Assembly: GCF_033153115.1 (NCBI RefSeq)
Contig: NW_026889761.1
Location: forward strand, 9,238,001 to 9,302,000
Reading direction: 5' to 3'
Length of the DNA: 64,000 bases
From: Saccostrea echinata
Taxonomy: Eukaryota
The notes under the pieces: model-generated
The model's input: only the letters and a program-made list of their open reading frames with translations
Database searches by the model: none
What the model was told of the DNA's origin: nothing
Shown here: one piece after another, positions 1-14,200 of the stretch
How positions within the stretch are numbered: the first letter of the stretch is position 1
How the letters are laid out: each line of letters opens with the position of its first letter
Position numbers and translations under genes: made by a program

Positions 1-192
1 AAATTGTTAATTAAACGACGGTTAATTAAACAAAGCAAACCTTCATCTGTGTATCTACTTCACTAATAAATAATGCAAAAATAAAGAAAATTTGTTTCTC
101 TAAACAGTATAAAAATCAACTTGAAATCTGATCTTGAACAGGCATTACAAAAGGTATTTTCGTGAAATATTCAGTTCTTGATAGAACCCCAC

Positions 193-3100
193 CTTCTAAT
201 ACCCTGACTTGGTGTGTAGTGATGGCACTGGTTTTGGTGTTGTAGAAGGAGAGGTTGTTGATAGTTGCTACTGTATTAAGTACAAGTTCTTCACTACTGG
301 ATACATCTTTTGTTTCTGTAAGCAAAATCATCAATACTGCTTAACAATTTACTAGTATGAGGCAACTTTTTAAAATTTATTTTTAACATTACAGTTATTT
401 CTTCATGATTTCTTATATCTCAAAAAAAAAAAACCAACAAAAAAACAAATTTACGCAAAAACAAAATTATCAATTTTGCTTAACAATTTACTAGCATGAG
501 GTAACTTTTAAAAACTTATTTTTAGCATTATCGTTATTTCTTCATCATTTCACATATCTCAAATAAATGCAGATGTGACAGTTCATTTTAATCTTTAATT
601 CTTTAATGCCATTATCTGTTTTATCTATCATCGCATTACCTAATACTTTGAGGAGGTAATCAACACATTGGTAGTTAGAACATATGACTGGTCCCACATT
701 CTCATTGATTGACAGGTTAGCTATGACCCTGATGACCTTTATAAGTACATCCTCTGTCTTGTTAACAGTGCTGCCATCTTCTGTTACTTCTTTCTTCACC
801 TCTTTACCTTGATTCTATAAATTTTTAATGGAGAGTGAGATACAAATCTTTTCAGTGAACATAAACTGCAATATTTAAATCAATATCCAGCTTTGGTATT
901 AATAATGTTGAATATTTTATCTTACATGATGCTTCTTTGATACTGGAATGTTTATGTCAAATAGGTTAAAATGCCAAACCTTAACATCCTGTTCCAAGTA
1001 AAACCTAAACAAGGCAAGAAGGATGTCAAAAGACCCCGCCTCCTGGAAAAGGCGGAGTCTGGCCACTTCATTCTTAGCTGTCATATTCCCTAACACAAAA
1101 CTCACTCGCACCACCACATCCTAGAAATAAACATCCGCTGGTTAAAGATAACATGCCTGTTTTGAAACATGCTAGGAAACTGATCCTCTAAATTATCACC
1201 CAAGCTATAGATAATATCTGCAAATTCTTACATTTGAAATTGTTACTCAGAAACTTTCTCACTGTATTATTCAGTCAAAAACTTGTCATGAGCATACAAT
1301 GTGCCTACATTGGTTCATTTTTTAATCTAAGAGTATATGGTTTGATTTGATAAGTTGAGAACTTGTGTGTATACTGTAGATTCCTAAATGTATGCGAGGA
1401 ATAAATTAAAGCGTAATTACACGAGAAGCACCACTTGTGAAATAAAATTACTCACTTTTATTTTTATGGTGCTTTAATGCATGTAAAATCCCTAGATAAA
1501 TCACCCATTTGCAAATTATTGTTCTCGCGATTTGACGCCCTTGGGCCTTTTCGCGACATTAAGTACTCGCGTAAAATAAGGAATCTACAGTACTTGATAA
1601 ACTTACAGACTTGTGCTGGTGTTTCTGGAGGACACTGACAAATGATTTGTATGAAGTCGGATAATCAGCCAGGGCAGTGCAACAGTCTGTGTGCAATGTC
1701 ACCTTACTGTAATCAAGAATAAAATATCACCATTTTAAAAATTTTATTATTAGACATATGTACTTTAATATAAATACTCACATCTCCTCTGATTTTGAGA
1801 CAGCTTTATCATGCCTTATCTACGCCATGGATCATTGACTTTCAAGTTTTTATTTAGTTTGTAGTCAAGTGGTAAGCTGACATCAAATGCCAGATGTTTA
1901 CAGCATACGCATATAATAAATCTATATCAACAATAGTCTGATAGTAAGACATCACTAGTTACCTAAATATTCTGGAGATATTAAGCATGAGGTCCCCATC
2001 TGATGTAAAACTGTCTATGATGAGACAGAGGGATTCAATGGCCTGACATCCTAATAACCTCTCTCTACTGGAGCCAGCATCAGCCAGATTTCTCAAAGCC
2101 GCTGTAGCCTACAACAAAACATGCAGTGAAGGGCTTAAAAATGGAGTAAAATGGACATCAAAATACTTCTATAGAATTCTTTTGCTTTAAAAAAAAAGTC
2201 ATCAGTATTATGAAATACATGGATCTCTATAATGTGAATCACTCAAGTTGCTAAACTTATGCTAACTACTAGTAATAGGACTTACTTATTAAATCATTTT
2301 TCAATTTTTACAAAAAATGTCAGATATAATATACAAGTAGTGAAGAATTGGGATTTTAAAATTACCTGGATAAGAATGTTTCCTATCTGTGTTGTTGGCT
2401 CACTGCCTTCCCTTATCTACAAAAATGACAGAAATGTTCTTATAATTTTCCTGCAGATGAATAGACCACATTGAGCTGGTACAGTAGTTATATTGAAATG
2501 TTAAACCATTATTGATTCCTTATACAGTCCCATTATTTCTCTGGAGGGTATGTTTTGATAATCTAGACTACAAGTACATGTATAATTGTATATGAAGATA
2601 AAGTAAAACACACTTAAAATGAAGTGCCAGGGATGAGCAATTTTGCTTCATTATAACAGTAATTTGTTATATCCATTAAATTCATGAAATGTTAAAAAAA
2701 AAAGGGAACAAAATTCGCTTTGCTGTAAGCATTTGTCCTATCTGCAAAAAATGGACAACTAAAGAAAATACCTGAAATACTGGGTTTAATACTGTAGTTC
2801 TTGAAATTTTTTAAAGTTTTTTTTTTACTACAGTAACAGTACTACAGTAACTGTACATTTCTATAAAAGCCCACATTTCAGTTCTTGAGAAAAAGAAATG
2901 TCAAGACTTTTCCTATTTCCAACATAATTGCATGTACCACTTTTGTCCCCTTTTAGGTCCAATCTTGAGTTTCAGGGGGCCATAATTAAACTCGACTCTT
3001 CACAATATAAGGAAGCTTCCACATACATTGAAGTTTTATTTTTTCTAGCTCCTTTGTTCTTAAAAATACTTAACATAAACCCATCCTTCTCCAACTATTT

Positions 3101-6100
3101 CTAAATAACACTGCATGTATTTTGAAAGGGACAAGACCATTTGAAAAAAAAATTGATCCCCCTTCACCAAAGGATACTTGGTGGCAAGTTTGATGTAAAA
3201 TTTATGCACGAGTTATGCAAAGGAGCTAAAAATTCAACTGAAGAGATTCAATAATTGTGTTGCTGTATACTCACAGTTTTATTAATACTGTTGAGGAGAA
3301 TAGCCAGGCTTTCTATACAGTCCTTCTTCACTAACTGTTTGACTATTGTAGAATTACCAGTTAACAGTTTTAAGGACCCTATACAGAATACCAGGGCTTC
3401 ACTAGCATTGAAAGGATCTGTGCTTTTCAGTGTGTCCATAAGTACATCTGAAAAACACATAATTTTCAATCAAACAAATATTCATGTGGGTTAACTCATC
3501 ATCGTCAAATTAAACATTTATTTCCAAACATCATGCTTGTTGATGTCACCTAGATACTAGTAGTAACTTGTTGAACACAACACATGTACAATAACCTTGA
3601 TAGTACATGTATGTAAAGACAATGCTTGCAAACTAAACTTACCGAGAATATCTCCTTTAAGAAACTCTGGATCATTTTTTTCATTTCTGCTAATTTTGAA
3701 GACCAATTTACAAGCACTTAGGAGATTAGTTCCTGTAACCTTCAACTGTAAAAAAAAAAAAATGGAAAATGAATTAAAACAAACCAGTGTTCAAATACAT
3801 TATACATGTTACATATTTCTTTCCGATGTATATCAGGCTTTCTCTAATAATATATGTATTCTGAATCAATCAATGCAAAAAAAAAATCTTACAGCAAGAA
3901 TCAGTCTTGCCAGTTTGAGCTGTATACGTGAGTCCTCTACATCAAGAAGTTTAAATATAGATTTTAGGATAGTGGTACGTTGTTTACAACTCCTGCCAAG
4001 TAAGTTTTCCTTCTGCAGTAAGGAGTACAATTCTTCTGTCACCTGCCCTAGTCTCTTAGCATCTTTCTCTACAAATAAGATTAAAAATGAGTAATACAGC
4101 AATCAGTTTACATTTTCAAAATCTATTGGAAAACATACATGCTTACTTGTAAGATAAAACAAAGATTACCCAAGTTTGTAAAAGATAATGCCCAAGTAGT
4201 AGCAAATTCCTATGGTGGACAAGTTTTATGTGTGTTCCCCCATACTTGTTTATAACATATACCTGACAGATAACTTGACCTTGACTTATGAAGTCTCTTC
4301 ATAAAATACTGGTATATATGTGCACTTAGTTACAATTTTATGATCATAATTGATATGTTAAATAAGTCAACAGACAAAAGGCATTACATAACATACATTT
4401 GTTTTTTGTGATTCACATCAAAAGCAGAAAAAAAAAGAATCTCCATTTTTTCCATCATGCTGATTTTTGAGTTTACATTTGCAATGTACAAAGAAATAAT
4501 GAAGAAAATAATGAAGAGACTTACTGCTGCTTGCATCAGTCATTCGATCTAACAGTGGGGTTATATTCTGACTGAAAAATAAGGCTTCCTCTGCTGTCTC
4601 TTCTTCTCTCCTACCTGCCGAACCTTAGACAGATAGAAATTTGTAGAATTTTTCTCTCATCTTTTGAAAAAGTCTTTAAAATTCATATAAATGTTTTGAA
4701 TCATCAGTGAACAAGTACACCATTTTAAATATTTATACAGTTTAACTTCTGTATCTCGAACACTGATATCTAGAATACCATGGATATGTCAAAGTGATTT
4801 GGAAGTCCCAACCCCTTATTCTTTAGGTATTTTACCTTGAATATCTCAAATCTTCAGATATCCCGATGTTTTTCCATTAAGTTCGAGATAAAGAGGTTTG
4901 ACTATACACGTATTTTTCACCTTTCTCTTCCTTATTATTTTTCCTCTTTATATCCGTATGGCATATATATATATTTTATTTACTCTTTATTTTTTAACAT
5001 ATTGATTACCTCCCCTGCCTGTACTCCCAGCACTAGATGTCCTCTTTGTACCACCACTTCCTGTCCTACTCTCAGCACTGCAAAATCAACATAAATTTTC
5101 TTCAGATTAAAACATATGTATTAAACATTATTTTTCTACATGAAATGTGATAAATCAGTTATTACAACTGTCCCTATTCTGCATGTAGCATACAAGCATT
5201 GTGAAGTGTACATATACCTGCGAGGGGGGCTTCGAACAGAGGCTGAGCTAGGCGCTCTGTGGGGCATTTCTCTCCCATCTCCTTCTCCCCTTTCCTCCAC
5301 AGGAATCGGGGTCCTCTCTTTTGGACCACTATGAACTCTTCTAACTGACTCATCTGCATTCTTTATCACCTGATTTCCTATCAGCGGGGAAAAAAAAAAC
5401 TCTTGTTACATTTAGTCAGTAAATCACATGGTAGTATTTATCAAAATGATACAAATGGTATTTAATGATGTGATGTATATACATGTAAAAACAACATTAA
5501 ACTGAATAGATTATGTCTATAGTAACCTTGGCAAAACTTTACAGATTTCATATTCAGTATGCACATATTTTTGACATACATGTGCTAAACATCTGAATTT
5601 TGTACTGTCTATGACATGTGATGTATGTCTCTTCACTTTATAAACTGAACTATACGGTACTGAATTTCTAGGTAAGTAATCTTACCATCAGAGGGACTGG
5701 TTTCTAGTCCAGATTTGACCTCTGAACTTAGAGAGCTTTCTACACTGGTGGACTGTTGTAGACGTGTTCTGGTAGCCTTCCCCCTCTGAACTTTGTTGGG
5801 GTCAGATGGTGGCTTTGGAGGAAGTAATCCTGAGTCTATTTCCTCTTCTGTAGGAATTTTGGGTTTCTGGTATCAATGGAAATTTAACATTCTAAATATA
5901 GTCTTCCCTTTTTTATCTAGTCACAAATAATCAACAGTTTAAAATGCACAATGAGGACTTTCACAATATAAATAAAGGTTGAAAGTAACAAACAAATAAA
6001 ATTATATAAAAATTCAGATAACACAAATCAAATTATTAAAAAAATATTCAAAACAAAAATTAAGTTGTATTAAAAAAGCTGTGAAATTAACATCTGTATG

Positions 6101-8719
6101 ACAATATACAACAAGGGTATATTACATTAAAATGTTAATATTTGAAGTTACTTTGAATATTACCCTTTTTCATACAGATTATCATTCTTTCAGGATTAAC
6201 ATTGCATTTCATATAAAACTACAATAACCACTACAGAATGAAACTTTCTCTTTTTTTGAATACATGTATTCCATCACCCCTTTATGTATTCTGTATTCCT
6301 AAAAAAATTCATCCACATTTTGCAACAGTACTAAAAGCTGTAAACTAAACTGCCTATATTGGGACACTATCCTTGCTATACCCCTACCCCTTCCCTGTAT
6401 ACATCATTTAATTCAGCATGCTACAGACAGACAAACAAAGAACATGCTTACTTCTTCTGAGAGGGTAGAGAAAATAGGTGTCTGAAATTAAGACATGGTT
6501 ACATTAGTCCCAGACTCAAGCATGGAAAGAAATGATGAAAAAAGCAGTAAAAAAAGTCTTTAATATACATAATTTATTTTCTTCAAAATAATCTGAAAAT
6601 TTTTCACGATCACAATTTTTTTAATGAAACCTAATCAGCATTTCTAAGTGCAATACAGACATTGAATTTTCTTAAAAACTAATTAGTTGAAGATAAATGA
6701 AGAAACACCGATATCGTTTAAGATCAGTAGAGTTGGAGAAAAAGAAATCAATTAAGTGGCAATATTTTCTACATCTATATACTGAGTGCTAAATAATTGA
6801 TTATTTTCTAATTAAACCAGGAAGACATGCATCAAAGCAAACTGTGGAGGTCTGAATTCCAATACACGTAAAGTTTCTGTCATCATATAAAGAGGGGGGG
6901 GGGGATAACTAATTGGTACTACTTTATGCATATAAGAGGAAAACGAAAATCTCAGCTAAGAAATGTGCCTGTTTCCTGAATATCAATGTTTCCACATAGC
7001 TATTAACATGTCAAGTACATGTCATTCTCTTTTTATTTATTGAACGTAATTTATTACTTCAGTATCTTTTAAAACAGAGTATTGAAAGACCCATAATTCT
7101 ACAATGAAGCTTCTGAATTTCAGATCCAATCAAATACATGTATTATGTCTAAGTAAATTCTGATGGTAAATGGCATAAAAATACATATATGCATAATTTT
7201 TAATTTTATAATTTGATTCTTAAATTTGACAGACATTTCTCTAAAATTTTATAACTCCAAGCTATGAAAAAATATTCCAGGCAAATAGATTATAGGGGAC
7301 GATTCACTTTACCCGTCTCCAGAAAAATGCGCTAAAATATAGTGTTGCTGTAGGTGACTTCAATAAATATGAGATCGCGTGAGCGATCGAAAAAAGTAAA
7401 AAGTATGAGGTTTTAAGCCTTTTTGACCTCAAAATCGAATTCTATGGTTAAAAGTTTAGTTTAAAACTTTGTTTTTTAAATGAAGTTTTTAATCCCGTTC
7501 TCTGAAAAAAGTAATAAATATTGTTTATTCAGTGAAAAGGAGACAAAAAATAATTGTCAAAGAAGCGCGTGCGGCGCATACTTAGTGCCATTTCTTTCGT
7601 ACTTAGCCATTTTTCTTTCATGTAAACAAACCAACGAGATGTCGTTGAAACTGAATTAAGATCTTGCAAAAAATACAGATGCAAAGGAATTTCTTAATTA
7701 ATCTAAAAGAACAAGACACTAACCCTAATCTCTTATATGAAATGCGAGGGCTAAACCAAATCTCCCAGGTGGATGCTAGACTAACCCATGTGTGAGGACT
7801 ATCCCTAATCTCTCGTACGGATGCGAGACTAACTCTGATCAGTTGAAAACTTGTGCAAAACTAACCCTAATCAGTTGAGTGACGTAAATGTTATGTCATA
7901 GTGCAATGAGCGCGAGGATCTTGCAGATCTGGGGACCGGTAAAGTAAAGTCTACCCAATTATAGTAAAAAAACATTATGCAGTTATTACAGGAAACATTA
8001 TTATATTACTCTTGAAGCAAGATTTGACAAAAAATACTTTATAGGAATCTTACATGATTGATGGGTTGAAGGCGTCCTCTGGAAGCTGGTCTAGAGGTAT
8101 CAGATCCATCAAAGTGACGAGATCCTAAGCTGTTAATTACAATTTGTGCAAATGAAATTTTATAACAAAATGAATAATTACATATGTATTACTCTATAAT
8201 TTGTACTGGTACTAATACTAAAAAATCTGTCTTCTTGTAGCAATGCATGATAGCTCAGATTTGCACATTTATATATATATCAATTTTTAGTTCTAGAATT
8301 ATTGACTATTTGGCACTTATCAAAATTAGGAACTGGCCAACAACAGTATATTAAGGAACATGAAGGATTGGCAAAGCACCTACGGGGTATCTTTTGAGGT
8401 TCCCAATTTGGGAACCTTAAAAAGATATCCCTTAGATGCTTGAGCCACTAAAACAACACCCAAAGACAACAAAAATATTTAACAAAAACCTGAAAGAACT
8501 TGGTGGTCTGTTTTCTGGGGTTCTGGAGCTTGATGCACCAAACAAAGATCTTGTGGCATCCCTGGGTGTGCATGGTCTCTTTGTTACTACTGCCTGTAAG
8601 CCTGTTCTATTGCCGAGAGATTCTTTTGCTTCAGTGATAATTCTAGAACTAGTTGTTTCTCCTTGAGGAAGATAAAACGGCCGATCGGGCAACTTTTTCT
8701 TCTGGGTATTAGTATCCAT
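193..8719 (-). CDS. ARMC2: Armadillo repeat-containing protein 2 (ciliary/flagellar), multi-exon, 3' end runs off the window start
   Basis: Coding exons with GT-AG boundaries and compatible phases: 8719-8490, 8129-8054, 5866-5686, 5377-5218, 5077-5010, 4623-4525, 4068-3893, 3745-3643, 3447-3275, 2416-2366, 2108-1963, 1706-1607, 1120-980, 814-640, 315-193 (last donor tentative). Peptides match recalled ARMC2 motifs: RPCTPRDATRSLFGASSSRTPENRPPSSFS, NLLSACKLVFKISRNEKND, DVVVRVSFVLGNMTAKN, EDVLIKVIRVIANLSI, EELVLNTVATINNLSFY. Probable non-coding first exon with a donor at 9041. Confidence 0.92.
1374..1590. mobile_element. TA-flanked MITE (Tc1/mariner-type), family 1 copy 1
   Basis: TIR CTGTAGATTCCT...AGGAATCTACAG with TA on both sides. 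Homologous copies at 45682-45898 and 58839-59021. Confidence 0.85.
4738..4904. mobile_element. TA-flanked Tc1/pogo-like MITE
   Basis: Imperfect TIRs cagtttaacttctgtatctcgaac / gttcgagataaagaggtttgacta, TA flanks. Confidence 0.7.
7295..7956. mobile_element. Non-autonomous TIR DNA element with internal CTAACCCTAATC-type repeats
   Basis: Imperfect ~28-bp TIRs ggggacgattcactttacccgtctccaga / tctggggaccggtaaagtaaagtctaccc. About six ~30-bp units containing ctaaccctaatc at 7718-7875. Confidence 0.65.
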
Positions 8720-9139
8720 TCTCACCTGTGACTTATCTTTTTCAGTTTACTTTTACATTCCTGCTTAACTAAAAAGAGAAGATTAAACACATTTTAAAAA
8801 GTGCTGTACATAATTGTAAACGACTGTATAGTAACAAAAAAACAGTTTAACTAAAAAGTTTGCAAAAATAATAGCACATCAAGTCAAGAAGGTAAAATCA
8901 AGTTTTACAGAGTTTTTCATGGTTAGACAAGTACCTCTCATTGATCAGTTTGATATGTTTTACTCTGTCAGCGATTTTCCTTTGTCAAATAAATATATGA
9001 TTTACTTTTAAATATATTTTACTGTGTTTTATTCAACTTACTTTCCACAAATCTGCACACAGAATAAAATAAATTGATGAAAATTAACGCTAGTTTTCAT
9101 TGTTCGTGTTTTATCGGTTGGCTGGAGGAATGTACACAA

Positions 9140-9187
9140 GCGCATGCGCAATAGGTAAGCACAGAGAGACTTTGTTAAGTCGGTAAC
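9140..9187. promoter_or_regulatory. Putative ARMC2 promoter motifs: NRF1-type GCGCATGCGC (9140-9149) and X-box/RFX-like GTTAAGTCGGTAAC (9174-9187)
   Basis: Both motifs lie ~100-145 bp upstream of the candidate first-exon donor (9041). The X-box has one good half-site (GTTACC on the minus strand). RFX control is typical of ciliary genes. Confidence 0.45.
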
Positions 9188-9659
9188 AAAATTATTCGCT
9201 CCACTCAAAAGATGACCTTTTGACAAAGGGGATGTCCAAATATATAATAAATTTTGGTTAGTAGTAAAATCTTCGAAAAAAAAAATTAAATAGAAACGAA
9301 ATTAATTTTTCATTAATATTCCAGACGTACAACTTCATGGAGTTATATCACACTAGAAACATTATACACAATGTCATCATGTCTCTGAAGACTCCATGCA
9401 GATCGAAAGAGCTCGGAAATGAACAAAGAAAAAAAATACAACCATCTACATCTTCATACAAACAGCAAACAGGGATTCAAAAAAGCATTTTATTAAAAGG
9501 TGGTTTATTTTAGTAAGAACCCTCTATACACTGGACACGAAATTCTAATTCCATGATATTTTATGCAGTGATAGTGATCTGCCCTCAGAATCTAATCTGA
9601 AATAAATTGAAATCTAAAGTTGATTACTCAATTTGTAATCAATTCAAGCATTTTAAACA

Positions 9660-10940
9660 TGTCATTTGGCGGCCTAGATTTGCATGTACTTTCCCCATTT
9701 AAGTAAGCAACAATGAGTTCACCAACATTTCATCAGTTGTCTTTGAACATTTTCAATAGTCGCCCAGTCATCGCCATGATTTTTCATCTCCCAGATCTCC
9801 ACACTTTAACACAAAGTCGTACTTTTCGATGCTTTCAGGGTTCACGAAGAAATCGGACAAGTTTTACATCGCTCAAAGGCCTCTCAACGGTTTTCTGAAT
9901 TCAAGTGTGTAAAGGGATTTTTAGGGAGATAATTTTAATTGCTAGTTGTGCGGTGAAAAATTGAAGAATTGCTTTGATACTTTTTCTCAGATTTCACACA
10001 ATTCTCGGATATTTCATCAAGAACTCCAGCAGAAGTTGCTCTCCCAAGAGATCGTTGGGTACCCTTCTTTGCTCTTTGGGTTATCTATTGGGCATTTTAT
10101 AAGGCATCCTTTACACACATGGAGATCTTGAGAAACCTTTGAATGATGTACAACTTATCCGATCTCTTTGCGATCTCTGAAAGCCCCGAAAATTCTGTCG
10201 AATTCTTTATAAATGTTATTGAGCACTCTTGTGCGATGAAACATTCAGGATATTGCTATATTTCATGGCATTCTGTCGAGATCAATGAGCGATCTATGAG
10301 CTTAGGGAGAGCATATAGAAAGATCCCTCAGAGATTGTGTGTAGATTAAATTTTCTATAGCGATCTCCACAAGTTCTACGATCGAAGATTTACGGAGATT
10401 GCCGAGAGATCAAGTGTCACCAGAAGAGATCACTGTATGACCGAAAGAAACCGCTGCCAGATTTCTATGCGTTCAAAACATTTTGTGTTCTTTTGTAAAA
10501 CATCTGAGAGATCATTGGGAGATCCAAGCGATCTTAAGCTTTCTGCGCCTTTTGGGTGGGCATTTTTTGAGAGGCTAAATATCTTTGAGATCGGTGAAAG
10601 ACTGTTTTAGGTAGTGTAAAAGCTTCAACGAGACAACGGAGACAGTTGAGACCTGTGCGAGACCACTGAAAGATCATGGCGATGATTGGACGGCCGTTGA
10701 AAGATATGACCAGCAAACGTCAACAGTCGCCATCTCTGTGTTAATGGTTTAAGAGACTGATAACCTTTGCATCGCTAAGAGACTCCTTATGGTAGTGTCA
10801 AAACTTTGGGGAGAACATAAGACATTTGGGAAAGCGCAGAGAGATGATGAGAATGGTCTGGCAACAGTTAAATTTCTCGCAAATTTTGCAACACGAATCA
10901 ATCTCTAAACGATCGCCAACTTCTCTACCCGCATTGTGAT
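9660..10940. mobile_element. Degenerate foldback-like element between the ARMC2 promoter and the GMC-A 3' end
   Basis: Inverted repeat 9752-9787 vs 10667-10702 (tttcaatagtcgcccagtcatcgccatgatttttca vs the reverse complement tttcaacggccgtccaatcatcgccatgatctttca). The region is rich in GATC/GAGA compared with its flanks. Outer boundaries are approximate. Confidence 0.45.
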
Positions 10941-11208
10941 AACACAAAGTATGTTTAAAAATTTACGTTTTATTTTTTTCTTACCCTGTCTTAAAACATA
11001 AACATCGATATGAGGCTAAATATATTAATAATATTTCACATGTAGCTTACTGTCTCCATTGGTTTCCTGCAGCTACAACTGTAATGAAACACGTACTTAA
11101 GAAGAGTACGTATACACAGTAATATCTTTCATTTTATGTACATATACATGTACTTCATTTTCTGACGACTTTTGTCACTTGTACCACGCAGTCATCATCT
11201 ACATGGTA

Positions 11209-14200
11209 CTAATGCAATTTATCAGTTTTTTCTCTTATGAATTTCACACTGTCTATATTTCTTATCATATCTGCAGCTTTTTCTGCAATCATAATTGTTG
11301 GAGCATTTGTATTTCCCGAGGGCACATTGCGCATGACGGAAGCATCCACCACTCGTAGACTCTGAATTCCCCTCACCCTGTAAAGTAAAATTTTCTTCTT
11401 TTTTCCTTCAAACTTGTGAAAACTTCTGAATAGTATCTGTTGTATCTTAGGATTTACAGAATGATGCATGTATTGTGAGAGACTGAATATCATCACGAAG
11501 AATAGCTAAAATCTTCAATACAAAAATTCTATCATTTGCCCAAAAATGATAAAAAGGTAGAATGATGAAAACACTGCAAAATGATGAAGTGTATAAATGT
11601 AACCAACTTAAGTTCATAATCTACAACTGCTGTGGGATCATCCTTGGCTCCCATTCGACAAGTGGACGTCGGATGGTAGACTGTGTACGTTAAATGTCTC
11701 AGTCTACAGATCCAGTACTCGTCTGATCCTGGAGAAAGATCGTCACACTGTGGGAGGTAAGTCTCAAGAGGATCCTGGGATGAGGCACCAATTGACTTGA
11801 AAGCTGTAGTGTCACCCAATTTTAAAACCTCCCGAACTCCTAGAAATATGCCACAAAAACCCCAAACTGCAATATTTGTGACGATGTACTTGTATGAACT
11901 AATGAAGTTGTACAAAAGGTAACTGAAACAAATTGTACCAGAACCTTTACATGACTTTTAAATGAATATTTACAATTTACTATTCAATATTTTTTTGGTA
12001 TTCAATAATTTCTTGATGTTAAATAATTCATTATGCTTTAGCAATACAAGGCAAAACGTGTAAGCTTCAATAACCACGAATAGGTCATCCAACACATAGT
12101 ATCTTTCACCTAATAAGTTGAATTTTTATGTACAGATCCAAACCCTACCATTTGTAACACATGTCAAATCAGATAGAGTATAGTAAACTTGATTTAAAAC
12201 ACAGAAGAAGACCTAAAATTTAAATACCTTTCAGGAACGTTTTGATATCATCCGGATGGTCGAGATAGTTTGGGTTAATGAGTGGCGGATCAAAAGGATC
12301 GTTACTCTGAAGGCGGATGGTTCCTCGACTCTTGGGATGAAGAAGAACCGGAAGCACACTAAATGTCCCAATATTTCTGTCTTTGTTTCTTTGAAATTCC
12401 CTCTGTTTTCCTTCTTTTAACTTCGTATTGACAAGCACAAGCCAAAAAAAAAAAAAAAAAAAAAAAAAAAATTAAAAAGGCAAATCAATAGACACCTGTA
12501 TGCAAAAAGCAAGTTTGTTTCCTGCATACATTAGCTTTATCAACTAATTTGATATCAAAGAGAAATACAACAACATGTACCTTCCGATCTATATTAAGCA
12601 TGTCTAAGAACAGGTCAGTGAGCTCAGGCTCATACATAAAGCTGAAGAAATGAAGCTCAATATGTGGCGGAAGCTTTTCATCCTTCGTGAGAAACGCCGT
12701 TCCCTCCGTATGAGGCCTGCTCATTATTCCTACAATAATATTTACTGCATACTGTGAAATAAAGCATCCAAATCATTTTTAACGCAAATAATGAAAAGGT
12801 ATATTAAAGTTATAGATTTAAATCGGGATACAAAAACAATGACTGAAACAAGTTTAATCACAACGGATCAGACCGACCTGAAAAGAAAAGGCCGAGTTTG
12901 GTCTATACTACTGAGTATCTCTCAATGACTCAAATGTATGCAATCACTGGGTGTAGAATGTATAGTGGCGATTAAAAATTGCACAGTCTTTATAATGAAA
13001 TGACATTAAAAATCCTAATAACTGAATCTTGTAACTGTTCAAAAGATTATACAAAGTTTGAAGAATGTTTAAGTAAAACATTGCACTACAAATTACGCAC
13101 TTTTTATAATATGAGGAAGATGGGTAAACGCTGCACGGTAATCTAGTGGTTCCTGTTTCAGTGCCGGCCAGTCACTGGCGATTTAGATAAAAGTTTATGT
13201 AAGAAACTCAATTTTTTGACATATTATAAGACAATATGTCAGAATGAAGTTGAAATTTCGAATCATTGTTTCAAAAGTCTTTGAATTTACCTGACTTAAA
13301 AGCCTTGTATTGTATCTGTGATATGGGTGACATGATCTTAGTTTTGGAGGCCGAACTCGTGGTATTGTCATGAAAGTCTAAGAACGTCTTCAAATGATCC
13401 TGTAAATTATCTCCTACCTGCAGATCGGCAACCACTGGGATCTGAATAGAAGTCTATCTTTGTCAAATAGGTCAAATTCAATTATATTCTACAGAGTAAA
13501 AATATTCAACAACTATAAAAGAAATTCGTAACCAGTTGTAAAACCTACATGATATAGTCTAAAAAATTCAATGTATGTAACTATTGTGCATAAATTGTAT
13601 AACTATAATGTACATGTATAAAGGTAATTGCATATTTGTGTCGTACCCCCATGGATTTGAGATGTTCCTTTGGTCCTATTCCAGACAACATCAGGATCTG
13701 GGGAGACTGCACCGAACCTGCTGAGAGAATCACCTCCTTGTTCGCCATTATGACGTACTTCTTGTTGTCTCTCACAAACGATACTCCGACTGCCTTCTTA
13801 TCTTTCATCAGGATCTTAGACACAAATTAAGGTAGTGTCTATTTTCATGTACTCTCGAATATCACTCCATTTAAATTTCTTAACGATGGTTAACAAAAAG
13901 AATTCATATTTTTGAATATCACACCATATAAATTTCGTGAGGATGGATAAGAAAAAATGATGATATATATGTACTGAGCCATGTTTGAATTTACCTTAGT
14001 AACATAAGAATTGATGGAGACATGGAGGTTCTGGCGTTCCATGGCGGGTCTCAGAAAGGCTTTTACGGTGCTCGAACGTTCCCCATTTCCGACATTTTCT
14101 TGAGAAGAACAATAACCTATTAAAATGTATCATGCATTAATCTATGTAAATCAATGGAATTGTAAAAAGCTTACAAAAAGAGTAGATGATACAAAGCTTG

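Noticed and set aside
3597-4094. 165-aa plus-strand ORF
   Set aside because: Antisense shadow of two ARMC2 exons and an intron, with no recognisable motif.
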